DNA from: Acidobacteriota bacterium
GTDB lineage: Bacteria > Actinomycetota > AC-67
Assembly: GCA_016208485.1 (NCBI GenBank)
Contig: JACQXY010000061.1
Span: 14,330 to 78,329, forward strand
DNA length: 64,000 nucleotides
Direction: 5' to 3'
Shown: in pieces, positions 30,081-39,602 of the stretch
Numbering within the stretch: the stretch's first letter is position 1
Layout of the letters: each line of letters opens with the position of its first letter
Translations under genes and position numbers: made by a program
The notes under the pieces: generated by a model
What the model was told of the DNA's origin: nothing
Seen by the model: only the letters and a program-made list of their open reading frames with translations
Databases searched by the model: none

Positions 30081-30884
30081 TCAGGCCTCGCCGTTCCATA
30101 CCACGCCCCAGCGGCGCTCGACGGGGCCACGCTTGACGCGGCGCGGAATCCAGGGGATCGGGCTGCTTGTCGGCGGAACCGCTCGATCGAGTTTGCGCAG
30201 CAACGCCTCGGCGATGCCTTCGCGCTCGAGCAGTGCCCCGATCCGGCGGATCGTTCCCTTGTCGCCGTAACACAGCGTGAGTTCGACGAGGTCGGCCGCC
30301 TTGACTCGCTTCGCTTCCAACTCGCTCCGAATCCAGCGGTATGCCCGCGGGAGGCTCTCGAAACGGGACCAATCGTAGACAGCGTCGACCAGCGTCCGCG
30401 CGCGCGAGGAATAGATCGCCGCTGGGCCGCCCGCCACACCCGCAGCCTCCTCGGTCGCCCCAAGACGGGCGTCCGCGACCTTGATGAGGGTCAGTTGGAC
30501 CGAGCCAATGCTCCGCACGCCGGAGAGTCGGTTGTTGTACGCGCAGACGCGGTTCGGCATCTGCTCGTCGAAACCATACCGATTGAACGCGTTGAGGCCG
30601 CAGATCTGGTAGCGCCCGTCACGCGCAGCCATCAGCGTCGCCATGGCGAGGCCGTCGTCGGGGCTCCACTTGCCGCCCAAAGGCAGGCGTGGCGGCACGA
30701 GATAGAGTCCGCGCCAGACGCGCGCGATCATCCCGGCGCGCGCTAGGCGACTCAAGAGCTTGCGCTCCTGATCCACGCCGAGGCGCATCGGTTTGCGTAG
30801 ATCGCCGGTGCGCACAGTGGTCCAGCCGCGCATCTGCGCGTACGCCAGGAACTCCGCCTCCAGCCGGCCCATGCCCCGATTCAT
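30081..30884 (-). CDS. abiEi: type IV TA antitoxin / transcriptional regulator AbiEi family
   Basis: 267 aa, …RLARAGMIARVWRGLYLV… AbiEi_4 signature; immediately upstream of abiEii. Confidence 0.7.
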   Translation of the reverse strand: MNRGMGRLEAEFLAYAQMRGWTTVRTGDLRKPMRLGVDQERKLLSRLARAGMIARVWRGLYLVPPRLPLGGKWSPDDGLAMATLMAARDGRYQICGLNAFNRYGFDEQMPNRVCAYNNRLSGVRSIGSVQLTLIKVADARLGATEEAAGVAGGPAAIYSSRARTLVDAVYDWSRFESLPRAYRWIRSELEAKRVKAADLVELTLCYGDKGTIRRIGALLEREGIAEALLRKLDRAVPPTSSPIPWIPRRVKRGPVERRWGVVWNGEA

Positions 30885-30925
30885 GGCCGTACTCTATTAT
30901 TGGGATAATCCCCTGTCAAAGGATT
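30885..30925 (-). promoter_or_regulatory. abiEi promoter: -35 TTGACA, 17-nt spacer, -10 TAGAGT, near-leaderless; contains palindrome GGGATaATCCC
   Basis: Reverse-complement reading of 30891-30919 gives TTGACA-N17-TAGAGT ending 6 nt before the ATG at 30884; AT-rich in a GC-rich context. Confidence 0.4.
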
Positions 30926-31165
30926 TACCGAAGCCTACGAGACGACCCCTCTACACCGCGATCTCCCCGCTCATCAGGCGCGGCAACGACAGGTTGCGGG
31001 CGGCGCGGAGCCGCGCATTCTGGAGTCGAAGGGCGTGAGCCTGAGAAAGTCTTCGGATAGACGGTCTCCTGGGTGCTCTGCGTATCGATTCCCCGCGCTC
31101 CCTCCTTCAGCGCGCGTGTTGTGCCGACCGGCGGATCTGAATGACATGGCCCCCGCGCGCTCGAG

Positions 31166-32191
31166 CTATCGCCGTCCCGCGCTCGGCGCGGCTTCGCCGG
31201 CGATCTCGGCGACGAGCATCTCAAGGACCAGCTCCGGCGGCTCGCCCTCCCCGCGCTCCCCGCCCTTGAGCGCGAGATCGGCGTCGGCGAGGAGGCGGAA
31301 CGCGCGGCGGATGTCCTCCGGCCCGAACGCGCGCGCCTGGCGGAACGCGCGCTTCACGGCGCCCTCCTTCACCTCCAGCTCCTTGGCGATCACCGCCGCC
31401 GGGCGCCGCTCGGAGTCGCGCACGAGCGCCACGGTGCGGAGTTGGCGCGCGAGCGCGGCGACCAGGCCGATCGGGTTCTCCCCCTGGCCGAGCAACGCGC
31501 CGAGGTGCCGGAGCGCAGCGGGGCGATCGCGACCGAGGACCGCATCCACGAACGTCCACGCCTGCGACTCGAGCCCCCGGAAGAGCCGCGTGACGGCCGC
31601 GATGTCGATGGCGCCGTCGGTCGAGGAGAGGAGCTGCTCGGCGGCCGACGCCAGCTCGCGAAGGTCGGTCCCGACCGCGTCCACGAGGGCCTGGGCGGCC
31701 TCCGGCGACACTCGACGGCCGGCCGCGCGCAGCCGCGCCGCGACCCAGCGCGGGACCTCCCAGGGCGGAGGAGCCTCGACCTCGATCACATCGGCGACCG
31801 CGCCGAGCGACTTCTTCAGGCGCGCCCCGCGCGCCGCGACGAGCGCGAGCCGTACGCCGGCCGGGGCGTCCGCCGCCCAGCGAGAGATCATCTCGAGCGC
31901 CGGGGCCTTGAGATCGTCCGCATCCGGAACGACGACGAGACGCCCGCCCCCGAAGAGCGAGGGAGTGTCGAGCCCGTAGGCGATCGCGGCGGGGTCGGAG
32001 GCGGGGAGCACCTCGGTCGCGAAGTCGTGCCGCTCGAGCTCCGCCCGCAGGTCCGCGAGAGCGGTCGAGGCGAGGAACTCGTCGCCCGACACGACGAGGG
32101 TCACCGGCGCGGCGCGGCGCGGCGCGGCGCTGCGCGGCGGCGCCCGGTGGCGCGCGGGCGGGTCGGCCGGGGGGCTGGTGCGAGGCATCAC
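31166..32191 (-). CDS. holA: DNA polymerase III subunit delta
   Basis: DNA_pol3_delta family (…LVVVPDADDLK…); N-terminus uncertain (possible GTG start at 32104; the first ~29 aa of the ORF are Pro/Arg-rich). Confidence 0.7.
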   Translation of the reverse strand: MMPRTSPPADPPARHRAPPRSAAPRRAAPVTLVVSGDEFLASTALADLRAELERHDFATEVLPASDPAAIAYGLDTPSLFGGGRLVVVPDADDLKAPALEMISRWAADAPAGVRLALVAARGARLKKSLGAVADVIEVEAPPPWEVPRWVAARLRAAGRRVSPEAAQALVDAVGTDLRELASAAEQLLSSTDGAIDIAAVTRLFRGLESQAWTFVDAVLGRDRPAALRHLGALLGQGENPIGLVAALARQLRTVALVRDSERRPAAVIAKELEVKEGAVKRAFRQARAFGPEDIRRAFRLLADADLALKGGERGEGEPPELVLEMLVAEIAGEAAPSAGRR

Positions 32192-32198
32192 CGAGATC

Positions 32199-34538
32199 CT
32201 ACGCCGCGGCGGCGCGCTCGGAGCGGATGCTCACCCCTCCCCCACCGTCGACTCCGACCGTCACGTCCCCCGACAGGTCAGTCCGGTAGACGCGCATGCC
32301 GGCGGCGGCGAGGGCCTCCAGGGCCGGGCGCGAGGGGTGCCCGTACTCGTTCGGCCCGACCGAGATGACCGCGACGCCGGCCCGCGTCGCCGCGTAGAAC
32401 TCCGGCAGCATGTGCCTCGACCCGTGGTGGGACACCTTCAGGACGGTCGCGCGCAACCGATCCGGGCGCGCGAGGAGCGGCTCCATCCCCTCTTCCTGCA
32501 CGTCGGCGGTGAGCATGAGCGCATCCGAGCCGTACGTCACACGCAGCACGAGCGAGTTGTTGTTGGAGTCGCTGCCGCTTCCGGCGACGAGCGGCTCCGA
32601 CGGACCGAGGACCTCGATCGTCGCGGCGCCGAGCGCGAGCGTCATCCCCGCGCGCCCGATCACCCGGCGGATCCCCCGGCGCGCGAGCGCCGCGATCGCC
32701 GCCCGGTACGCGGAGTGCCCTTCCTCATCCAGGCCGGAATCGAGCGCGATCCCGATCGGGTAGCGCTCGGCGACCGGGACGAGGCCGTCCACGTGATCGG
32801 CGTCCGGATGCGAGAGGGCGAGGATGTCGAGCCGGCGCACCCCCGCGCGCCGGAGCCTCGCGAGGAGCCGTGCGGGGTCGGGCCCGCCGTCGAGGAGCAT
32901 CGTCGCGCCGCCCGGATCGCGCACGAGGAGCGCATCCCCCTGCCCGATGTCGAGAGCCGTCAGGCTGAGACCCCGCGGCGGAGGCGGGGCGACGGCGCGG
33001 CCCCACGCCATGCCGGCGGCGAGCAGCGCCAGGGCGAGCGCCAAGGGCGCAGCCCGGCGCAGCCGCACCGCGCCGAGCCCCACCAGGGCGAGCGCCAGCG
33101 CGACGCCCGCGCCGGCGATCCCGGCCGGCGTGCCGACAGAGGCGTAGGGAACCCCCGCGAGGACGTGGGCGGTGCCGGCCATCCATGCGAGAGCCGGACG
33201 AGTCAGCACAACGAGCGAGCCTGCCGGCGCCCAGACCGCGCCGGCGCCCGCCCCGAGGAGCCCGAGCACCGTCGCCGGCGCGACGGCCGGCGCCGCGAGC
33301 AGGTTCGCCGGCAGCGCGACCAGAGAGACCTGGTGGAAAGTCAGCGCGAGCAGAGGCGTCACGGCGGCCTGAGCGCCGAGCGTGACGGCTGCGGCCGCGC
33401 CGAGCTTGCCGCGCGGCAGCGCACGCGCGAGACGCGGCGCGACAGCGAGGATCCCGAACGTGGCGAGCGCCGAGAGCTGGAACCCGGCGGAGCGGACGAG
33501 GAACGGGTCGTAGACGAGGAGGACGAGCGAGGCGGCACCCAGGCCGGCGAGGGCCTCCCGGCGAGCCCCGACCGCCGCGCCGGCGAGCGCGAGCCCGGCC
33601 ATCGCCCCGGCGCGGAGCACGCTCGGCTCGAACTGCGTGACGGCCATGAAGGAGAGCAGCGCCGCCGCGAGCGCAGCGAGAGTGGCGCGCGGACCCGCGC
33701 CGGCGCGCCGCAGGCCGAACCCCACCGCTCCGAGCACCATGGCCACGTTCGCGCCGCTCACCGCCAAGAGGTGAGTGAGCCCGGTCGCGCGGAAGTCGAG
33801 CCCGATCTCCGGGTCGAGGGTCGAGTCGTCCCCGATGGTCACGCCGAGATACAGGCCCCGGTAACGCTCCGGAAGCCTCCCCGCCTGCCTGCGGACCGCG
33901 TCGCGGCCGGCGCGCGCGATGCGGGTGAGCGGGCTCGCCGAGCGCCCGGCGCGAACGATCCCGTCCGCGCGGGCGTACGCGCGCGCCGCGACCCCCTTCC
34001 AGCGCAGGCGCGCCGCAGCGCGCTGGATCGCCACGGCCGCGCCGGGGCGCTCGACCGGGGCGAGCCTCGCGTCGAGCCGCACCCGGTCCCCCGGCCGCGG
34101 CGGGCGCCGCAGCGGCGGCCGCACCGACACCCAGGCACGCTCGCGGACGGCGAACGGGCGCCGGTCGATCTCCGCGCGCGAGACCCCGAGGAGGAACCAC
34201 GTCCCCCGGGAATCAGACTCCGGCTCGGCGAGGACGGTCCCATCCAGGAGTGCGTCGGCCCCGCGCGCCGCGCCGGCCGCGAGCGCCGATCCGTCGAGGC
34301 TCGCCAGCCGCAGATCGGCGAGGGCGAGCCCGAGGAGGCCGGCGGCGAGGAGCAGCGCCCAGGCGGAGGCCGGCCGGTGGCGCGCGGCGATCGCGACGCC
34401 GAGCGCGCACGCGGCGAGCGCGGCGCACACCCCCCACGGCGGGCGAACGGAGCCGGCGGCGAGCGCCCCGGTCGACAGCGCCCCGGCGAGAGCGAGGAGC
34501 CGGAGGGCCGGCTCGGGTCCCGGCTGCCGGGCTTCCAT
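32199..34538 (-). CDS. comEC: DNA internalization competence protein ComEC/Rec2 with C-terminal metallo-beta-lactamase domain
   Basis: 779 aa, multi-TM competence domain plus MBL motifs (LDIGQGDALLV…ILALSHPDADHVDGL); start abuts comEA stop. Confidence 0.8.
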   Translation of the reverse strand: MEARQPGPEPALRLLALAGALSTGALAAGSVRPPWGVCAALAACALGVAIAARHRPASAWALLLAAGLLGLALADLRLASLDGSALAAGAARGADALLDGTVLAEPESDSRGTWFLLGVSRAEIDRRPFAVRERAWVSVRPPLRRPPRPGDRVRLDARLAPVERPGAAVAIQRAAARLRWKGVAARAYARADGIVRAGRSASPLTRIARAGRDAVRRQAGRLPERYRGLYLGVTIGDDSTLDPEIGLDFRATGLTHLLAVSGANVAMVLGAVGFGLRRAGAGPRATLAALAAALLSFMAVTQFEPSVLRAGAMAGLALAGAAVGARREALAGLGAASLVLLVYDPFLVRSAGFQLSALATFGILAVAPRLARALPRGKLGAAAAVTLGAQAAVTPLLALTFHQVSLVALPANLLAAPAVAPATVLGLLGAGAGAVWAPAGSLVVLTRPALAWMAGTAHVLAGVPYASVGTPAGIAGAGVALALALVGLGAVRLRRAAPLALALALLAAGMAWGRAVAPPPPRGLSLTALDIGQGDALLVRDPGGATMLLDGGPDPARLLARLRRAGVRRLDILALSHPDADHVDGLVPVAERYPIGIALDSGLDEEGHSAYRAAIAALARRGIRRVIGRAGMTLALGAATIEVLGPSEPLVAGSGSDSNNNSLVLRVTYGSDALMLTADVQEEGMEPLLARPDRLRATVLKVSHHGSRHMLPEFYAATRAGVAVISVGPNEYGHPSRPALEALAAAGMRVYRTDLSGDVTVGVDGGGGVSIRSERAAAA

Positions 34539-35255
34539 CTAGACGGTGACGTAGGGCTCGAGCGAGGAGAACTTCTTCTCCCCGATCCCCTCGACCTTCA
34601 GCAGGTCGCGCACGCTCCGGAACGGGCCGTGCTGGGTCCGGTACTCCACGATCCGCTGGGCGAGCACGGGACCGACGCCGGGGAGCCCCTCGAGGTCGCG
34701 CTCGCTCGCGGCGTTGATGTTGAGCTTGCCGCCGCTCGCGGCACCCCCCGACCCACCGCCGTCCGCCGCCGCGCCGTTGGGCGGGACCTCCCCGCGCCGG
34801 GGCACGTAGATCCGCTCCCCGTCGGCGAGCGGGCGCGCGAGGTTGATCGAGTCGACATCGGCGCCGGGCGCCGGACCTCCGGCGCGGCGCACCGCGTCGA
34901 TGACGCGCGCGCCGGGAGCGAACTCGTAGACTCCCGGGCGCCTCACCGCTCCGGCGACGTGCACCACGATGCGCTCCCCGGCCGCGGCGGAGGCCGACGG
35001 CGCCGCGGAAGGCGCCACGGCGGGGACCGCAGCGGCCCCGAGCGCGGCCGGGCGAGCGCGCGCGAAGGCGACGAGCGCCCCCGAGAGGATGAGCCCGCCG
35101 AGGACCGCGAGCGCGACCGTCTCGCGAGGCCGGAACTCGAGCATGCGAGCCGCGCGAACCCACCACGGAACGGCGAGTCCGCTGCGGCCCCGGTCCTGTG
35201 CGCGCTCGCTCAGCATCTGGCCGGGGAAGGATCGATGGACGCGCGACGCTACCAC
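34539..35255 (-). CDS. comEA: competence protein ComEA (helix-hairpin-helix DNA-binding)
   Basis: C-terminus LNINAASERDLEGLPGVGPVLAQRIVEYRTQHGPFRSVRDLLKVEGIGEKKFSSL = tandem HhH; N-terminal TM; exact start uncertain (alternatives 35216, 35144). Confidence 0.7.
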   Translation of the reverse strand: MVASRVHRSFPGQMLSERAQDRGRSGLAVPWWVRAARMLEFRPRETVALAVLGGLILSGALVAFARARPAALGAAAVPAVAPSAAPSASAAAGERIVVHVAGAVRRPGVYEFAPGARVIDAVRRAGGPAPGADVDSINLARPLADGERIYVPRRGEVPPNGAAADGGGSGGAASGGKLNINAASERDLEGLPGVGPVLAQRIVEYRTQHGPFRSVRDLLKVEGIGEKKFSSLEPYVTV

Positions 35256-35324
35256 GCCGGGCGCGCCCGGCCACGTCCGGGAGAAGCGCGCGGAACGGCG
35301 CGAACGCGCCGGACGGACCGGCGC

Positions 35325-36284
35325 TCAGCTCGGCCCGCGCGCGCCCCGGTGCCGGCGCGTCGAGGCGTGGGCCTCGTCTCCGTGCGCCTCCCAGGGATCG
35401 AGGTGAACGTCCACCTGGGCGACGCCGGGCAGCTCGTGCAAGATCCGGTGGTGGACGGTCTCCGCCACCTCGTGCGCTCGCGCGAGCGGCAGGCGCCCGT
35501 CGACCGCCACCGTCAAGGTGACGTAGAGCGAGCGGCCCGCCCAGCGGGCCTGGCAGCGCCCGACCGAGGCGACGCTCGGAGTGCCTCCCGCCACAAGGCG
35601 GATGCGCTCGACGATCTCCGGGTCGACCGCGTCGAGCAGTCGAGCCAGGACCTGGCGGCCGGCGCCCCAGGCGATCGACCCGATCGCGAGCGTGATCACG
35701 AACCCGGCGATCGGGTCGGCGGCGCGAAACCCGAACCGCGCGCCCAGCAAACCGAGGAACGCCGCGACCGAGGCGAGCGCGTCGGTGCGCGCGTGCTGAC
35801 CGTCGGCCACGAGCGGCTCGCTCCCGATGCGGCGCCCGACCCGGATCTTGTACCGCGCGACCACCTCGTTGCCGATCCCTCCCACGAGCGCCGCGGCCAT
35901 CGCCCAGCCGACGAACGCGACCTCGTGCCCTCCGGTGAGCTTGCGGTAGGACTCGAGGGCGGCGTAGCCCGCGCTCGTCCAGATCACGAGCACCACGCCC
36001 ACTCCGGCGAGGTCCTCCAGGCGCTGGTAGCCGAACGTGTAGCGGTGATCCGCGGCCCGGCGCGCGGCCGTGAACGCCACCGCAAGGATCACCGTCGTGA
36101 CGATGTCCCCGATGTTGTCGAGGAGATCTGCAAGCAGGGCGGCGCTCCCGGAGATCGCCACGACGACGGCCTGGAAGACGGCCGTGAGCACGAGCGCAAC
36201 CGCGGAGATCCGGATCGCGCGCAGACCCTCGCGCGTGCCCTCCGGTCCGGCAACGGCAGCGACCCTGTGCGAATCGCCCGACAT
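35325..36284 (-). CDS. cation diffusion facilitator (CDF) family metal efflux transporter
   Basis: Cation_efflux TM domain plus C-terminal ZT_dimer; His-rich tail (HLDPWEAHGDEAH). Confidence 0.8.
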   Translation of the reverse strand: MSGDSHRVAAVAGPEGTREGLRAIRISAVALVLTAVFQAVVVAISGSAALLADLLDNIGDIVTTVILAVAFTAARRAADHRYTFGYQRLEDLAGVGVVLVIWTSAGYAALESYRKLTGGHEVAFVGWAMAAALVGGIGNEVVARYKIRVGRRIGSEPLVADGQHARTDALASVAAFLGLLGARFGFRAADPIAGFVITLAIGSIAWGAGRQVLARLLDAVDPEIVERIRLVAGGTPSVASVGRCQARWAGRSLYVTLTVAVDGRLPLARAHEVAETVHHRILHELPGVAQVDVHLDPWEAHGDEAHASTRRHRGARGPS

Positions 36285-36342
36285 GGTCCCCCCAGGCTAC
36301 GCCGCGCGCGCCCGGTCGCGAGCGCGCGCCGGACCCACCTCG

Positions 36343-38859
36343 CTACCGGACGACGATGTTGACGAGCCGCGGCGGGACGACGACCGTGCGCACGATCTGT
36401 CTCCCACCAAGGTGCGCTCCCACCTTGTCGGAGCCGAGGGCCAACTCCCTCATCCGCTCCTCGGAGACGGCGGCCGGCACCTCGATCCGGTCGCGCACCT
36501 TGCCGTTCACCTGGACCACCATCGTGTGCGTGTCCACGCGCACGAGCGCGGGGTCGACCTGGGGCCACCCGCCCCGGTGGATGCCGGGCTCCCGGCCGAG
36601 GCGGCGCCAGAGAGCCTCGCAGGCGAACGGCGCCATCGGGGCGAGCATGCGCAGGATCGCGTCGAGCGCCTCTCGCACGTCCTCGCCGGACGACCGCGGG
36701 GCGAGGTCGCCGCTCTCGTTCACGAGCGTCATGAGCTTCGCGATCGCGGTGTTGAAACGGAACCGCTCGTAGTCCTCGGTAACTCCGGCGACGGCGCGGT
36801 GGGTCGCCCGCCGCAAGTCGGAGGCGCCGGAGGGCGCGCCGGCCGACCCGGCGCGCGCGGCGTTGTCGAGCGCGAGGCGCCACACCCGCCCGAGCCACTT
36901 GTTCGACCCGGCGATCGAGCAGTCCGCCCAGTCGACGTCGTCCTCGACCGGCCCGGCGAAGAGAAGCGTGATCCGGAGCGCGTCGGCCCCCCAGCGCTCG
37001 ATGGTCGGCATCAGGTCCACGGCGTTGCCGCGCGACTTCGACATCGCCCCCTTCTCGCCGTTCAGGACCATCCCCTGGTTGAGGAGGTTCGGGAACGGCT
37101 CGGCGAAACCGACGAGCCCGAGATCGTGGAGCACCTTGGTGAAGAAGCGCGAGTAGAGCAGGTGAAGGATCGCGTGCTCGATCCCGCCGGTGTACTGGGC
37201 GACCGGCATCCAGCGCCGCACGGCCTCCGGGTCCACGGCCCGCTCCGGGTCGAGCGCGCAGTAGCGGAAGTAGTACCAGGACGAGTCCACGAACGTATCC
37301 ATCGTGTCGGTCTCGCGGCGCGCGGCGGCGCCGCATCGCGGGCAGGCCGCGCTCACCCACTCCTCCACCTTCGCGAGCGGGGACTCGCCGGTCTCGGCCG
37401 GCGTGAGGTCGTCCATCTCGGGGAGAAGCACCGGCAGCTCGCGCTCGGGGACCGGCACCTCGCCGCAATCCCGGCAGTGCACGATCGGGATCGGGCAGCC
37501 CCAGTAGCGCTGGCGCGAGATGAGCCAATCCCTCAGCCGGTAGCTCACCCTGCCCGTTCCGATGCCCTTCTCCTCGAGCCACCGCGTGACGGCGGCCTTG
37601 CCGCGCTCGGCCGGCGTTCCGTCGAACTCGCCCGAGCCGACCATCACCCCCGGGCCGTCGTAGGCCTCCGCCATCGTGTCGCCGTCGAGAGTCCCGTCCC
37701 CGGGGGCGATGACGACCCGGACCGGGATTCCCTCCTGGCGCGCGAACTCGAAGTCTCGCTGGTCGTGCGCCGGCACCGCCATGATCGCCCCGGTCCCGTA
37801 CTCCATGAGCACGTAGTCGGCGACCCAGATCGGGACCGGCTCGCCGTTCACCGGGTTGCGCGCGTGCGCCCCGAGGAACATCCCCTCCCGGCGGCGCCCG
37901 GTCGCGACGCGCTCGATCTCGGTCCGGCGGCGGACGCGCTCGAGGAAGGTCTCGAACTCCGCGCGCAGGCCCGCCCGCTCGGCGAGGCCGGCCGCCATGG
38001 GATGCTCCGGCGCGAGCACGAAGAAGGTCACGCCCCAGAGCGTGTCGGGGCGCGTGGTGAAGATCGGAACCTCCTCGCCCGTCTCGGCGACCGCGAAGGC
38101 GACTTCGGCTCCCTCGCTCCGGCCGATCCAGTTCCGCTGCATCGCGAGCACGCGGTCGCTCCAGCCGCCGAGCAGGGACATGTCCTCGAGGAGCCGGTCG
38201 GCGTAGGCGGTGATCCGGAGGAACCACTGCACCAGGTCGCGCTTGGTCACCACCGCGTCGCAGCGCTCGCAGAGGCCGCCCACCACCTGCTCGTTCGCGA
38301 GCACCGTGCGGCACGACGGGCACCAGTTGACCGCCGCGCCCTTGCGGTATGCGAGCCCACGCTCGAGGAACTTGAGGAATAGCCACTGCGTCCAGCGGTA
38401 GTACTCCGGATCGCAGGTGTTGAACGCGCGCGACCAGTCGAAGGACACGCCGAAGCGCTTGAAGGTCGCCGTCTGGGTCGCGATGTTGGAGTAGGTCCAC
38501 TCGCGCGGGTGGATCCCCCGCTTGATCGCGGCGTTCTCCGCCGGCAGCCCGAACGCGTCGAAGCCGATCGGGTGGAGCACGTCGTGGCCGCGCGCCCAAT
38601 GGAACCGCGCGATGGCATCCCCGATCGCCCACGCCTCGGCGTGGCCGACGTGCAGGTCCCCCGACGGGTACGGGAACATGTCGAGCGCGTACCTCGGGCT
38701 CTTCGGGGCCTCCGGCGCCGCGAAAGCGTTCTGGCGCGCCCACTCCTCGGAGAGAGGCGGCTCGACCGCGCCGGGGTCGTAGCGCTCGCGCTCGCCGGCC
38801 GCGCTCCGGCCCGAGGCCGAAGCGCGCGCGGATGCCTCCGATGCCGTCTCGCCCGTCAT
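36343..38859 (-). CDS. leuS: leucine--tRNA ligase
   Basis: …YALDMFPYPSGDLHVGHAE… HIGH motif, KMSKS (AMSKSRGN), 838 aa. Confidence 0.9.
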   Translation of the reverse strand: MTGETASEASARASASGRSAAGERERYDPGAVEPPLSEEWARQNAFAAPEAPKSPRYALDMFPYPSGDLHVGHAEAWAIGDAIARFHWARGHDVLHPIGFDAFGLPAENAAIKRGIHPREWTYSNIATQTATFKRFGVSFDWSRAFNTCDPEYYRWTQWLFLKFLERGLAYRKGAAVNWCPSCRTVLANEQVVGGLCERCDAVVTKRDLVQWFLRITAYADRLLEDMSLLGGWSDRVLAMQRNWIGRSEGAEVAFAVAETGEEVPIFTTRPDTLWGVTFFVLAPEHPMAAGLAERAGLRAEFETFLERVRRRTEIERVATGRRREGMFLGAHARNPVNGEPVPIWVADYVLMEYGTGAIMAVPAHDQRDFEFARQEGIPVRVVIAPGDGTLDGDTMAEAYDGPGVMVGSGEFDGTPAERGKAAVTRWLEEKGIGTGRVSYRLRDWLISRQRYWGCPIPIVHCRDCGEVPVPERELPVLLPEMDDLTPAETGESPLAKVEEWVSAACPRCGAAARRETDTMDTFVDSSWYYFRYCALDPERAVDPEAVRRWMPVAQYTGGIEHAILHLLYSRFFTKVLHDLGLVGFAEPFPNLLNQGMVLNGEKGAMSKSRGNAVDLMPTIERWGADALRITLLFAGPVEDDVDWADCSIAGSNKWLGRVWRLALDNAARAGSAGAPSGASDLRRATHRAVAGVTEDYERFRFNTAIAKLMTLVNESGDLAPRSSGEDVREALDAILRMLAPMAPFACEALWRRLGREPGIHRGGWPQVDPALVRVDTHTMVVQVNGKVRDRIEVPAAVSEERMRELALGSDKVGAHLGGRQIVRTVVVPPRLVNIVVR

Positions 38860-38933
38860 GTTGGCGGACAGTCTAGCCCGGGGCCCGGGTCCGTCGACCG
38901 AATCCGCGCGCGCCGGCCCCCGGCTCCCCCGCC

Positions 38934-38943
38934 TTGATACAAT
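38934..38943 (+). promoter_or_regulatory. extended -10 promoter element (TGaTACAAT) for tRNA-Ala
   Basis: TTGATACAAT ending 11 nt before the tRNA 5' end. Confidence 0.3.
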
Positions 38944-38954
38944 CGCCGCCGAAT

Positions 38955-39027
38955 GGGGACGTAGCTCAGTTGGTAGAGCGCTTGCTCGGCAGGCAAGAGG
39001 TCGCCGGTTCGAATCCGGTCGTCTCCA
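38955..39027 (+). tRNA. tRNA-Ala (anticodon GGC)
   Basis: Cloverleaf folds by hand: acceptor GGGGACG/CGTCTCC with the Ala identity pair G3:U70, D-arm GCTC-AGTTGGTA-GAGC, anticodon arm CTTGC-TCGGCAG-GCAAG (anticodon GGC; unusual C33), T-arm GCCGG-TTCGAAT-CCGGT; CCA not encoded. Confidence 0.8.
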
Positions 39028-39163
39028 CTTGACCCCCGCTGTCCGCCCCTCCTCCGTTCTCGTACGGAGTGGCTATCGCCCGCGAGCGCAAACTCGTACC
39101 AGATTGATCACGGGCCATTATTGATCGCCGGCCGGTCACGGCGTCGGCCGGCTTCCGCGCTGA

Positions 39164-39301
39164 GAGCTCTCCAAGCGGTTCGACGTGCGCGGGATCCCGA
39201 CCCTGATCCTCTTCCGCGACGGCGAGGAGCGCCACCGCATCGTCGGCGCGAGCAGGACCGGGGAGCAGATCCTCGAGGAGCTCGGGCCTCACCTCTCTTG
39301 A
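39164..39301 (+). pseudogene. orphan 3' fragment of a thioredoxin gene (C-terminal ~45 codons only)
   Basis: Frame opens just after an in-frame TGA; translation …SKRFDVRGIPTLILFRDGEERHRIVGASRTGEQILEELGPHLS* matches the thioredoxin C-terminus (…GIRGIPTLLLFKNGE…VGA…); no CGPC active-site region upstream, which is occupied by tRNA-Ala. Confidence 0.5.
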
Positions 39302-39602
39302 GCTAGGTCGGCGACCCTAGGGTTGCCTCCCCATCCCGCGATAGGGTGGCCGACCGTTTCTCGCTCGCGGCCGACCCATTCGCCCGACAAAGCGGCATTT
39401 CCGAGTTGACCCCCCGCGCTCCAGGGGGTAAACCGACGCCGGAATTGTCGAAAAGGCGAACAATTCCGAGTGAAAAAGGGAAGTTTCGCCTGGACGGAAA
39501 CGGAGCACCCGAGTGGGGTCCAGGGCGGGCGCAACGGGCGCCCGCGCGGCCGGATACCCCTTCATCGGCCGCAGCTCGGGTAGGGAAAGGAGATGGGGGC
39601 GC

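Noticed and set aside
29528-30463. 311-aa ORF overlapping abiEii/abiEi in another frame
   Set aside because: Arg-rich, out of frame with two ORFs that carry clear AbiEii/AbiEi signatures
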